Part shown: positions 54,778-64,000 of the stretch, one piece after another
Layout of the letters: each line of letters begins with the position of its first letter
Numbering within the stretch: position 1 is the stretch's first letter
From: a virus
Virus record (IMG/VR): IMGVR_UViG_3300025150_000004
Coordinates: 1-64,000 of that record
DNA length: 64,000 nt
Strand: one strand, 5' to 3'
The notes under the pieces: generated by a model
What the model was told of the DNA's origin: nothing
Database searches by the model: none
Seen by the model: the letters and a program-made list of their open reading frames with translations, nothing else
Translations under genes and position numbers: made by a program

Positions 54778-55497
54778 GTGACCTGGCTGGCCGCCGCCCT
54801 CAAGGAGATGTCCTTGACCGAGTCCGTGGAGGGCTACCTCCACGGACGTGGAGCCAAGGAGGGGGTCATCGCCGAGCTTGGGTGCGTGTCATGGCACTCG
54901 GATGAGGCCCTTACCGACGAGGAACTCTGGCGCAAGCGGACCGGCCCGTTGGGCAGGGGCGAGTGGCTCGAAGGCTGGCTCATCGTCCCCCTTCTGGGGC
55001 CTCGGGGCCAGGTGTTGGGGTTCGAGGCCCGTCGGACGGACATCAAGAAGTTCAGCCGGTGGTTGACGCCTGAAGCGGCCTGGAACCCGGTGTGGTCCGG
55101 TTTGACGCCTTCCTCCATGCGGCGGATCTGGGAGGGCGGGGATGTGTGGGTGGTCGAAGGAACCTTCGACATGTTCGCTCTCCAGTGGGCCGTCCCGGCC
55201 AAGGATGTGGTCCTGGCGTCCATCACGGCTGCATTGAACCAGCGGCAGGTAGAGTTCCTACGCCGGTTCCTGGTCAAAGAAGCCTGGGTCCACATGGTCT
55301 ACGACAACGACGAGCAGGGTCGGAACGGGACCCACGGATGGACCGACGAAGAGGGTAAATTTCGCTGGGGGGCGGTGCAAAAGCTGGAGGCCCTGGGTAT
55401 CAGGTGCCGGGACGTGATCTACACCGGGGGCAAGGACCCGGGTGAAATCTGGGAGCGGTCTGGTGCCGAAGGCATCCAGACGGCCTTCCCTTTGTGA
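54778..55497 (+). CDS. DnaG-like primase core (TOPRIM), no Zn-binding domain
   Basis: YL.GRG, GFEAR, VVEGTFD, YDNDEQG and KDPGE motifs. Confidence 0.85.
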   Translation: MTWLAAALKEMSLTESVEGYLHGRGAKEGVIAELGCVSWHSDEALTDEELWRKRTGPLGRGEWLEGWLIVPLLGPRGQVLGFEARRTDIKKFSRWLTPEAAWNPVWSGLTPSSMRRIWEGGDVWVVEGTFDMFALQWAVPAKDVVLASITAALNQRQVEFLRRFLVKEAWVHMVYDNDEQGRNGTHGWTDEEGKFRWGAVQKLEALGIRCRDVIYTGGKDPGEIWERSGAEGIQTAFPL

Positions 55498-55507
55498 GGA
55501 GAGAACA

Positions 55508-55981
55508 ATGGCGCAGACCGTAACCCCCCCTTCCCAGATGTGGAAGGCCGGAGACGACGTGATGAACACCGTGCGGGACTTGGTCTCGAAGTACCACCCG
55601 GATCTGGTCCTGGTGGAGGACGAGATCGCCGTGGTGTTCAAGGAAAAGGCCACCACGACGGGTGAAGCCGTCATCGCCGGGAAGACCGCCAAGGCAACCA
55701 AGCTGCTCGGGGTCCTGGGCGAGATCGACTTCAAGTTCATCATCACCCTCGGGGCCGACGTGTGGCAGACCCTCAGCGATCCGCAGAGGATCGCTCTGCT
55801 CGACCACCACCTCTGCGCCTGTCGGGTGGAGGAGAACCCCCAGAGCGGCACGATGAAGTGCTTCGTCCAGCCCCCGGACGTGTCCTTCTACAAGGACGAA
55901 CTGGAGCGGCACGGTTGCTGGAGAACCAGCGGTGCTCCCGCTTCGCCGGACCTCATCAAGGACTTGTTCGGCCAGCCCTGA
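55508..55981 (+). CDS. Phage metallopeptidase-like protein with degenerate HExxH (DHHLCA)
   Basis: FIITL...W.......ALLDH.L...PD..F...L.RHG.W pattern. Confidence 0.6.
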   Translation: MAQTVTPPSQMWKAGDDVMNTVRDLVSKYHPDLVLVEDEIAVVFKEKATTTGEAVIAGKTAKATKLLGVLGEIDFKFIITLGADVWQTLSDPQRIALLDHHLCACRVEENPQSGTMKCFVQPPDVSFYKDELERHGCWRTSGAPASPDLIKDLFGQP

Positions 55982-56021
55982 CCCGGGGACGTACTAGGGT
56001 CTCTGACCGGGTAGAGGGAGC

Positions 56022-57455
56022 ATGAGCCTCGATACCAAGTATCGCCCCGTCCGCTACGACGACGTGTTGGGCCAGGAGGCGACGAAGACCATCCTTCGTC
56101 AATTCGTGGCCCAGGGGAAAGGGTTCGAGCAGAGCTACCTTTTCGCTGGCCCTTTCGGTTCCGGCAAAACGACCCTCGGGCGGATCTTGGCTCGGGCTCT
56201 CCTGTGCGACTCGCCGCAGGAAGGTGACCCCTGCGACCAGTGCCCAACGTGCAAGCACATCCTGTCGGGAGGGGCGGCAGAGACCTTCGTGGAGGTGGAT
56301 GCCGCCACGAACTCGGGGAAGGCCGAGATCAAGAGGATCATCGACGAGATCCAGTACGACACCTTCTCAGGCAAACAGCGGATCTACCTGTTTGACGAGT
56401 CCCACCAGTTGAGCAAGGACGCCCTCGACGCCCTGCTCAAACCCCTGGAGGAGAACATCCCCGGGAGCCGGGACAAGCGGCTCGTGTGCATCTTCTGCAC
56501 GACCGAGCCCGAGAAGATGCGAGCCACCATCCTCTCCCGCTGCGCCCCGGCGTTTGTCATCCGGCCCCTCGACCCAGGAACCATCGCCAAGCGGCTGGTG
56601 ACCATCTGCGAGGCGGAGGGCATCGGGTACGAGGAGGACGCCCTCCGGGTCATCGCCGAGATGACCGAGTGTCACATCCGAGACGCCATCAAGGCGGTCG
56701 AGGGTGTGCGGATGCTCGGGAAGGTGGACCAGGCCAACACCTCGGCCTACCTCAACCTGGACATCAACGACCTGTACCTCACCATCTTGGAGAAGCTCCC
56801 CTCCGACCTCGCTGGGGCCGTGGAGGCGGCCACCAAGGTCGCCGACCTGGCCTCCCCGGGAACCAGCTATCAGCGGCTCGCCGACGCCGCCATGATGGCG
56901 TACAGGGTCCACCTGGGGGCTGGAAAGCCCGAGTCCTACTGGGACCAAGAGCGGGTGGCCCGTCTGGCGGAGAGGGGGGACGCACTCCTGAACATCGCCT
57001 CCCGACTCGCCTCACGGCCAGGGAGGCCCTCCCTGTCGATGCTCCTGTGCGACCTGGCCACCCTGCACCACCTGGGCGGGGCACAGGCATCGGCTAACGC
57101 CGTGTTCGTCGTCCAGCAGGCCGCAGCCCCAGCCGGGGCGGCAGTGGAGGTCCCTACTGGCGAAGTCCCCTCGGCTGTGGTACAACAAGCCCGAGGAACG
57201 GTCGAGGTGCAAACTTCGGTCCCCTCTCAGGAAGCTAGTCCTCCTGCCGGTAAACTACCACCAGAGACGGAACTGGTGGATGGGACGTTTGTCAGGCAGA
57301 AGGCTGTGCGAAAAGTCGAGTCAGGCGGGAAACCGAGCCCGTCTTCGTCTGCTGAACTTCCCGAGCCTATTTTCTGCGAACTCCTTGGCCGGGAATTGAG
57401 CGAAGACGGGGACTTCCGTGGACCGCCGAGACGACCTGACATGGATCGCCCTTGA
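56022..57455 (+). CDS. dnaX: DNA Pol III gamma/tau clamp-loader ATPase
   Basis: KYRP...GQ, GSGKTT, C...CDQC..C, EVDAA, DESHQLS and TILSRC motifs. Confidence 0.95.
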   Translation: MSLDTKYRPVRYDDVLGQEATKTILRQFVAQGKGFEQSYLFAGPFGSGKTTLGRILARALLCDSPQEGDPCDQCPTCKHILSGGAAETFVEVDAATNSGKAEIKRIIDEIQYDTFSGKQRIYLFDESHQLSKDALDALLKPLEENIPGSRDKRLVCIFCTTEPEKMRATILSRCAPAFVIRPLDPGTIAKRLVTICEAEGIGYEEDALRVIAEMTECHIRDAIKAVEGVRMLGKVDQANTSAYLNLDINDLYLTILEKLPSDLAGAVEAATKVADLASPGTSYQRLADAAMMAYRVHLGAGKPESYWDQERVARLAERGDALLNIASRLASRPGRPSLSMLLCDLATLHHLGGAQASANAVFVVQQAAAPAGAAVEVPTGEVPSAVVQQARGTVEVQTSVPSQEASPPAGKLPPETELVDGTFVRQKAVRKVESGGKPSPSSSAELPEPIFCELLGRELSEDGDFRGPPRRPDMDRP

Positions 57456-57981
57456 GTTGACCCGCCAGGGCGAGGCGAAGATCGAGGAAGGCACCCTCGC
57501 CCCCTCACTTCGTCGTGATCTGCACGTCGCCGCAGACTTCCCGGTCTTCATCCCGTCCAAGAGCTACATCAAGAAGGGCAGGCGGACGACCATCCACCTC
57601 ATGGAAGGCTACGCCTTCGTGGCTACCGGGCTCCCCGAGGTCCAGTATTTCGGACTGGAGAAGACCGCCTACGTCGAAGCGGTGATGTCGTCACACGGCG
57701 CTCACGGGATGCGGGTGATCCACGCCATCCCGAATCGGGACATCGAGAAGCTCAAGCGCCAGCTTCGGGAGCACCTGGCCGCTGACATCGAGGAGAATGC
57801 CTGGGTCAAAGTCATCAAGGGGAAGTTCAAAGGCTTGGAAGGTCAAGTAGTTAGGCTGCATGACGAGCAGCACGCCTACGTGTCTTTCCGGCTCAGGAGC
57901 TTGCATCGGGTGTCTCCGATCCCCAGGGTTTTTCTACAGGCCATCGAACCACCACCCGGAGTAGTTGCGTCTGCTGGGTAG
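57418..57981 (+). CDS. nusG: NusG/RfaH-like antitermination factor
   Basis: NGN domain VFIP...GYAFV; KOW VKVIKGKFKGLEG.V. Confidence 0.8.
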   Translation: MDRRDDLTWIALELTRQGEAKIEEGTLAPSLRRDLHVAADFPVFIPSKSYIKKGRRTTIHLMEGYAFVATGLPEVQYFGLEKTAYVEAVMSSHGAHGMRVIHAIPNRDIEKLKRQLREHLAADIEENAWVKVIKGKFKGLEGQVVRLHDEQHAYVSFRLRSLHRVSPIPRVFLQAIEPPPGVVASAG

Positions 57982-58073
57982 TTGTGGGAGAAGAAGAACC
58001 CTTGCGCTGTCTGACCTGCTCGACCTGATCGGCTGAACCAAGGCTCTCAGGAGCCACCCGAAATGGGAGAAGT

Positions 58074-58853
58074 ATGGGCTGGTCTGGACACCGCATGATC
58101 GATCCAACCGAGATAGAGGCTCGCTTCAGTGTGGAGGACGGCATGGCGTACATGGCGTCCATCTTCACGGAGCCCACCGACGACGACCTGGAGCGGATCG
58201 AGGTCATCCGGGGCATCATGGAGTCGCTCCCTGCCAGGGAGGCCGATTTCGTGGACCTCTACTTCTTCCGTCGGAAGAAGCAGACCGAGATCGCCTTCAT
58301 CTTCGACTGCTCCCAGCCCACCGTCTGCTATCGCCTCCAACGAGCAACCGCCCGGATCCGTTTCCTCCTCGACCTGCCCAAGGTCGAGGAGAAGGAACTC
58401 CTTCGGGACATGCGGGCGTTCCTGAAGGACGACCTGGACGTTCAGATCATGCACCTGATGTGGTTGACCACCTGCCAGTCGGAGGCCGCCAAACGCCTCG
58501 GGGTCAGCCAGGGGCTCGTCCGGCACAGGTTCATGCGCTCCATCAAACGGATGCGCTCCTTCATCGAGGTCCCACGTCGCTATCAGGAACTCGACGCCCT
58601 CCGAGCCCAGTTCGACGCCGCCGAGGCCCCCGCCGACAAGATGGCCATCAACGGCCAGATGAAGGATGTGCGGGACCAGTTCAACGCCGTCCTGAAGTGG
58701 GTCCCCAAGGAAGCACAGGACGACCCCTCCCGCTATGAGATCTACGTCCGTCTGTTCGAGTTCATCTTCGCCAACCTGAACATCCTCCGAGAGGTCCAGC
58801 GACCCGCCTGGGACTGCCGGGTCGTTCGGAAGATCGACTCTCCGCCCGCCTGA
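58074..58853 (+). CDS. Sigma region-4-like double-HTH regulator
   Basis: LPARE...YF....QTEIA...SQPTV and QSEAAKRLGVSQ. Confidence 0.7.
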   Translation: MGWSGHRMIDPTEIEARFSVEDGMAYMASIFTEPTDDDLERIEVIRGIMESLPAREADFVDLYFFRRKKQTEIAFIFDCSQPTVCYRLQRATARIRFLLDLPKVEEKELLRDMRAFLKDDLDVQIMHLMWLTTCQSEAAKRLGVSQGLVRHRFMRSIKRMRSFIEVPRRYQELDALRAQFDAAEAPADKMAINGQMKDVRDQFNAVLKWVPKEAQDDPSRYEIYVRLFEFIFANLNILREVQRPAWDCRVVRKIDSPPA

Positions 58854-58911
58854 TCCGCCCCGGTATTCAGCCTATGGTCGGGCCTCGATAGAGGCGCACC
58901 TGGGTGAGGCC

Positions 58912-59220
58912 ATGAGCGATCCGAGCGGAAAACGAGTCCTGATGTCCAAGCGGGTTGCCGCCCGCTGGATCGCCCGTAAGGCGAAGGCCGAGTACCGTTT
59001 TTCGGTCCTGATGGGCACCCGGGAGATCCGCAACCTCCCCAACCTGCTCCGGTCCATGCGGGACGGGAAGTTGGCCATGGAGGGGGTGCCCTGCATCCCC
59101 GACCTCGGGGTGAAGGAGTCGTTCGACAAGGTGGAGATGTGGTCCAACGACCGTGAGGCCATGATCAAGCTGGTCGACTGGTTTGAGCGGAGAGGCTTCG
59201 ACACGACGGGGGTGTGGTGA
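58912..59220 (+). CDS. Hypothetical protein (KRVAARW motif)
   Basis: GAGG RBS; CCTAT-type promoter. Confidence 0.65.
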   Translation: MSDPSGKRVLMSKRVAARWIARKAKAEYRFSVLMGTREIRNLPNLLRSMRDGKLAMEGVPCIPDLGVKESFDKVEMWSNDREAMIKLVDWFERRGFDTTGVW

Positions 59221-59897
59221 TGCCGTTGTCCAGGCTCCAGTCGGTCTTCACCTACCAGTCCTCCGCCGGAGGCGAGACCTACAAGTTCGACATCGTCATC
59301 GACGCCCAGAGCCAGGTGTCGGTTCGGAACATCCGAACCCCCCGTGGGCTCGTGACGGACTCCATCACCCAGGTTCCATCGGCGGTGGCGCAGGACATCT
59401 TCGATGCGATTTCCGTGGTCCAGCTTCTCGTGGCGGAGAGCACGGCCGTCTCGGGGACGGCCTACTTCTCAGGGCAGACGACCCGCTCCATCACCATCCC
59501 CGGAGGAACCCTCAACAACGCCAACTACCGGGTCCACTGGACCACCCCCGACGGGATCCTGCTGCGGGTGGAGAACAAGACCACCACGGGGTTCGACCTC
59601 GTGGCCTCGGCGGCCTACGGCTCGGCGGCTTCGGTGAAGGCTGTACCATGGGCGGTCCTGGTGTCCACCGTGCAGGCTTCGGCCTTCGGCGGTGTCCTGA
59701 CCTTCGGGGCCGGGGTCACCTCTCAGGGCGTTGCGTTCCCGGCAGCGGTAGCGTCGGACGACTACCGGGTCTTGCTAGAGCCCTCGGACTTTTTCCAGGC
59801 CAAGGTGGCGAACCAGGCGAAGACCGGGTTCGACGTGGTCATCAACCATGACCCCGCCCCGGGGGCAGTGACCGTCGGCTACGACGTGGTGCTGTGA
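59220..59897 (+). CDS. Putative virion structural protein (beta-rich repeats)
   Basis: NKTTTGF/QAKTGF repeats typical of fibre domains. Confidence 0.6.
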   Translation: MPLSRLQSVFTYQSSAGGETYKFDIVIDAQSQVSVRNIRTPRGLVTDSITQVPSAVAQDIFDAISVVQLLVAESTAVSGTAYFSGQTTRSITIPGGTLNNANYRVHWTTPDGILLRVENKTTTGFDLVASAAYGSAASVKAVPWAVLVSTVQASAFGGVLTFGAGVTSQGVAFPAAVASDDYRVLLEPSDFFQAKVANQAKTGFDVVINHDPAPGAVTVGYDVVL

Positions 59898-59907
59898 GGA
59901 GCGAACG

Positions 59908-61182
59908 ATGGCACAGGACCCGCTGCTTGTAGACCAGATCCAGATCGAGCCCGGTGCTGCGGGGACTCGTCTGATCGACCGGGACCCGGGTACTGGTGCC
60001 CTGCGGTTTCAGGATGCCGTCCTCGGGTCTCCACTCGCTCTCAGTCAATTGGCTGGGTTGCGGAACATCGCCAACGTCCTCGTCGTCGGCAAGAGCGGGG
60101 CGGGTGCCCAGTACACCACCGTCCAGGCGGCGCTCGACGCCGTGCCCTCGAATGCCTCCCCGACCAACCCCTACATGGTTCTGGTCATGCCGGGGGTTTA
60201 CACGGAGACGGTCAACATCGTTCGGGATGGGGTGTTCCTCATCGGGCTGGGACGGCCAACCATCCAGTCGGCGCTCGAAGCGACCCCCAACGCCCCTGGG
60301 AACGACCACACCGTCATCATCTCCGCCCAGTTGGGGACCATCCCCCAGTTGTGCATTCTCCAGAACTTCCGCATCACCAACGCCCATGACACCAAGGCAT
60401 GTGTGCGCCTCACCGGGGGGGCTGTTTCTCAGGTGGGTGGTGCTGGGCAGGGGATCGAGCTTCGGGACTGTCTGCTGGAGGCCAACGCCGCAGGGGGGAA
60501 CAGGGTCTTGTGGGCTACGGCGGTCAATCGGGCTCTTCTGGACCGCTGCTGGCTCGAAGGGACCACATCAGCCCTTCTCCTTGTCGAGGAGGTGGCGAGT
60601 TTCGCTATCCGGCAGGCGGCCGTCGGTTGCGGGGTGAGCCTCCGGTACGACACAGCCAACGCCGTTCCTGCCGATGCTGCTGTGGGCTACAGTTTCGAGT
60701 CCTGCTCCGAGGTCGCTGGAGATACCATCCTGGCCCCGGCCGTGTCCGTGGACCTGGAGGGGGCTGGGGCGTTTCAGATGAACGCCTGCACGGTGGGTGG
60801 AGCCCAGGTGCAGTTGAGCGGGGACCAGCAGACCTTCCTGGTCCAGAATTCCGTTTTGCCTGACCTCTCCCTTCTGGAGACGGTAGGTCTCACCCTGAGC
60901 AACTCGTCCCGTGGGGATCTGGTGGCTCCGAACGCCAACGCCACCCTTCGAGAGAACGGGCGGGATGGTATCGTAGCGTTCGCTGCCGTCACCACCGTAG
61001 CGGTGACCTTCGACATCCCGTACCCCGCCGGGTTCACCGACTACAACATCGGGTTCGAACTGGATGCCCGCCCCGCCAACGACGAGACACCTTGGGTCAC
61101 GGGCAAGGCCAACACAGGGTTCACCATCAACTTCTTCACGGCCCAGACGCTCAACGTCCGTTGGTCGGCCACGGTCCGGTAG
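59908..61182 (+). CDS. Pectinesterase/beta-helix-like fibre or spike protein
   Basis: VVGKSG...YTTVQAALDA...VMPGVYTETV. Confidence 0.65.
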   Translation: MAQDPLLVDQIQIEPGAAGTRLIDRDPGTGALRFQDAVLGSPLALSQLAGLRNIANVLVVGKSGAGAQYTTVQAALDAVPSNASPTNPYMVLVMPGVYTETVNIVRDGVFLIGLGRPTIQSALEATPNAPGNDHTVIISAQLGTIPQLCILQNFRITNAHDTKACVRLTGGAVSQVGGAGQGIELRDCLLEANAAGGNRVLWATAVNRALLDRCWLEGTTSALLLVEEVASFAIRQAAVGCGVSLRYDTANAVPADAAVGYSFESCSEVAGDTILAPAVSVDLEGAGAFQMNACTVGGAQVQLSGDQQTFLVQNSVLPDLSLLETVGLTLSNSSRGDLVAPNANATLRENGRDGIVAFAAVTTVAVTFDIPYPAGFTDYNIGFELDARPANDETPWVTGKANTGFTINFFTAQTLNVRWSATVR

Positions 61183-61192
61183 GAGGATGTAA

Positions 61193-61756
61193 ATGTCTGA
61201 TTTCTGGGAGGAGTTCGCCAACGCCTACGTGGTCGAGTCGGCCATCGATCAGGTGCTTCAGGGCCGGGAGATGGGAGGTCCGGCGACGACCTCGATGCAG
61301 GATCTCACGGACAAGGGCCGGGCCGCCAACGCCCTCCGGCCGCCGTTCGACGCCGGACGCCGGGTGTCGTTCGTGGCCAACGTCGGCTCTGTCCTGACCT
61401 ACGACCGCATCCCCGACGAGGGTGTCGAGGGGACCATCATCAAGGTCAAGTCCGGCGGCGAGAAGAAGACCTCGGAGGGGGAACTGGTGTTCGTCCACTG
61501 GGACGACGGGGCCTTCCGGCCCATCTACGCCGAACATCTCCGTCCCGGGTCCTCGAACCGGAGGATGGCCAGCAACGTCGCCATCCGGGTGGCGAGTCTG
61601 GACATGGTGGGCCAGTTCTTCGCTCAGCACCGCTCAGCGGGGTCGGATGAGCTTGTCCACAAGGCCACCAAGGACTTGTGGAGCTTCCGCAAGGAGGACA
61701 AGGGCTACGTCATCGAGCGCCTGTTCGACTACCGGGGGGAGCCTCTCAAGGTCTGA
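61193..61756 (+). CDS. Hypothetical protein
   Basis: AGGAGG RBS. Confidence 0.7.
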   Translation: MSDFWEEFANAYVVESAIDQVLQGREMGGPATTSMQDLTDKGRAANALRPPFDAGRRVSFVANVGSVLTYDRIPDEGVEGTIIKVKSGGEKKTSEGELVFVHWDDGAFRPIYAEHLRPGSSNRRMASNVAIRVASLDMVGQFFAQHRSAGSDELVHKATKDLWSFRKEDKGYVIERLFDYRGEPLKV

Positions 61757-61806
61757 ACCCGGCCCGGGTATTCGGCCTATAGGCCCTCGAAGGTAGGAGC
61801 CGGAGG

Positions 61807-62697
61807 TTGCACAGGATGCCCTGGAAGAACGCCAGCCCGGACCGCAAATCGGTCCTCCGAGTCGCCCGTGAGGCCACCATGCGTGGTTTTCGGATGCGTG
61901 TGGCTGGCGAAGTCCGGTTCATCAAGGACCGGGGTGGTGACCACAACGAATGGGGCTGGAACCCGCCGGGGGCATCCGAGCGCCAGATCGACCCCGATTA
62001 CGAGTTCAACCCGAAGAACCTGGAGCCCCTGGCCCGGGTTCTTCGGTCGGCCCTCATGGCACTCGGCCATCTCCAGACGGCCCGGACGGTCTTCACGAAG
62101 ATCAAGTCCCAGCGGGTCAGCCCGGACGGAAACCTCGGTGGCAAGGGCTACGTGATGCCCATCAAGGACATCCGCAAGCAGTTCGCCAACTGCGACGAGG
62201 CGCTCTCGGCCATCACGGACTCCATCTACGACGAGATCAACGCCATCCACTGGCACCCGCAGGTGGACGACTCGGGCGGCAACCCCCGTGAGCGTCAGGA
62301 GGTGCAGGAGATCATGGATGACGTGGAGGAGATTCGGGACAACCCGGAGGAATGGGCTGAGGGTGAGGAAGCCGAGATGGACACCGAAGGCCCCAACGAG
62401 GCGGATGGGGTCCACAAGCTGGCCTCTTCCCGGGTGACCCTCGGGATCCTGCCCTCCGGCCAGTTCTGGGTCGTCCCTTTCCGCCAGGGGCGCCAAGATG
62501 CTCCTGCCATTGCCCCGAACACCGCAAAGGCAATGTCCGTGGCGAAGGATGTCTCACGGATGCCCGGCATCGACCATGTCCAAGTCCATGATTCTCTTGG
62601 GGGTTTGGTCGTCACTGTCGAGCGGGGTTCGATCAAACACAGTGCTTCGGTCCAGCGAGTGGCCGCCATGTATCTCGCACGGAGGGACGCTCGATGA
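61807..62697 (+). CDS. Hypothetical protein, probably virion-associated
   Basis: CCTAT promoter; C-terminal QRVAAMYL. Confidence 0.7.
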   Translation: MHRMPWKNASPDRKSVLRVAREATMRGFRMRVAGEVRFIKDRGGDHNEWGWNPPGASERQIDPDYEFNPKNLEPLARVLRSALMALGHLQTARTVFTKIKSQRVSPDGNLGGKGYVMPIKDIRKQFANCDEALSAITDSIYDEINAIHWHPQVDDSGGNPRERQEVQEIMDDVEEIRDNPEEWAEGEEAEMDTEGPNEADGVHKLASSRVTLGILPSGQFWVVPFRQGRQDAPAIAPNTAKAMSVAKDVSRMPGIDHVQVHDSLGGLVVTVERGSIKHSASVQRVAAMYLARRDAR

Positions 62698-64000
62698 GCA
62701 CCGACAAAACTGGCATCGACTGGGAGGCCCTGTTGGGTGAGTCCCAGCTTCCCGCCGATGAGTTCACCTGGACGGACGGGTCCAACTACGGCCTCGACGG
62801 CTACCATTTCGACCAGACCATGGGCGAGGGGGTGAAGAACCGTCCGGCCCAGCCGGGGACCACTCCCAACCCGCTTCGGGACAACCTCTACAACGCCACC
62901 ATGCCCACCGTCGGTGACCTCCCGGGAGAGGTACTCGGGGTCGAGCCCTCAGACGTGTCGTTTGTGGACGAGCCTGTTCATGCTGTCGAGGACGGTTTCC
63001 ACCTGGGGTCCATGCTGGAGGACACTGAGATTCCCCTCTCGAAGGAGGCCAAGGAGGCCATCGCCTCCCTGTCGGACCTGTCCTGGCTCGACCCGACGCA
63101 GGAGCAGGATCCCGAGAGGCTGCCCAAGGAGCTTCTGCCCGACCGGCCCCCGCTGAACTCCTCACCCGAGTTGGCGGAGGCGTGGGGCGTGGACCGCCGC
63201 ACGGACGGCATCAGCCTGATCCCCAACAAGGACCGGGAGGCCGAGGCGTTCTACGAGAGCATCAAGAGCCCGCCCCCCGCTCTCCCTGGGGTTCGAGCGG
63301 CGGCCGAGCAGTTCGTCCCTGCCGTGCAGCGGGCCATCCGCCGGTCCCACTACGGCGAGTCCCTCAAAGACATCGCTCAGGAGTTGGTGGACACGCTGGG
63401 GGACAAGGACCCACGGCTTGCCACGGTGATGGAGCGGATTGCCGCCGATCACGGCCTGGCAGGAACGGTGTTCATCAACGCCAACGCCTTCCCCGGGCTC
63501 AAGAACGGCAAGTGGGTCAAGGAGTTGAAGCGGATTGCCCGTTCGGCAGCCTTCGTCATCACCGACGACAACACCGTGGCCACCAAGCTCGGACGTGTGA
63601 AGGCCAAGTCCCTCAACTGGGACACGGTGCTGACGTTCTACAAGCCCCGGCTCGAAGCCGCCGGGTACAAGCTCGCCAGCGGAGACCCCAAGGAAGCACT
63701 GCGGAGGGCTTTCCTGACCGGCCCGGCAAAGCCCGAGGTCGCCGCCAGCCACAAACCCGTGGATGTCCGCCCAGCCGACCGGATCTCGGCGGCGGATGCT
63801 TTCGGTCGTCTGGCCGCAGCGGGTCCGTCGGAGGTCCAGGTGATCGAGGCCCTGGAGAAGCGGGCCATCGAACGCAAGCGCTCTGCCCTCATGGTCGAGA
63901 TCCGCAAGTGGGCTGAGACGGGCCGCCTCTCCCAGGAGGAGGCTCTCCGGCTGGCCACCAGTACAGCGGATCCGACCGACATCCGCCGGTGCCTGGCCAC
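62694..64000 (+). CDS. Large hypothetical protein running off the window end (MSTDKTGIDW...)
   Basis: GGAGG RBS; ATGA coupling; frame appears open to 64000 and is absent from the ORF track. Confidence 0.7.
   Translation, partial: MSTDKTGIDWEALLGESQLPADEFTWTDGSNYGLDGYHFDQTMGEGVKNRPAQPGTTPNPLRDNLYNATMPTVGDLPGEVLGVEPSDVSFVDEPVHAVEDGFHLGSMLEDTEIPLSKEAKEAIASLSDLSWLDPTQEQDPERLPKELLPDRPPLNSSPELAEAWGVDRRTDGISLIPNKDREAEAFYESIKSPPPALPGVRAAAEQFVPAVQRAIRRSHYGESLKDIAQELVDTLGDKDPRLATVMERIAADHGLAGTVFINANAFPGLKNGKWVKELKRIARSAAFVITDDNTVATKLGRVKAKSLNWDTVLTFYKPRLEAAGYKLASGDPKEALRRAFLTGPAKPEVAASHKPVDVRPADRISAADAFGRLAAAGPSEVQVIEALEKRAIERKRSALMVEIRKWAETGRLSQEEALRLATSTADPTDIRRCLA

Overview
High-GC window from a large (jumbo-type) bacteriophage, judged by gene content; the host cannot be determined from this window. 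Left to right: (1) a TnpB element inserted into the 3' end of an HD/(p)ppGpp-hydrolase gene. (2) A minus-strand RNA operon (~3190-8330) of 22 tRNA or tRNA-like genes almost limited to Leu/Ser/Thr/Phe/Trp/Tyr/Glu, with a minimal RNase P-like RNA and four homing-endonuclease cassettes. (3) RNA-repair-type genes, GroEL and HU. (4) Large putative virion-internal proteins, a C39 peptidase and a SNF2 helicase. (5) Sigma-like factors and a ~600-nt noncoding structured region. (6) A replication/recombination block: HolA, HolB, DnaX, DnaN, primase, NrdJ with 3 inteins, RecD2, SSB, RuvC, RecA, split SbcC, SbcD with intein, NusG. (7) Structural genes. The best candidate for an undescribed system is the tRNA operon. 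A sigma70 promoter drives a 33-codon leader peptide built largely from the codons the downstream tRNAs read, followed by an antiterminator/terminator pair and a boxA-like site. This looks like a ribosome-stalling attenuator that turns on phage tRNAs when host tRNAs run short. The same operon holds three aromatic-anticodon tRNA-like RNAs sharing a novel inserted domain, a Leu-body tRNA with a UAU anticodon, and an RNase P RNA apparently lacking the S-domain and interrupted by a GIY-YIG gene. All calls were made by eye, without database searches.
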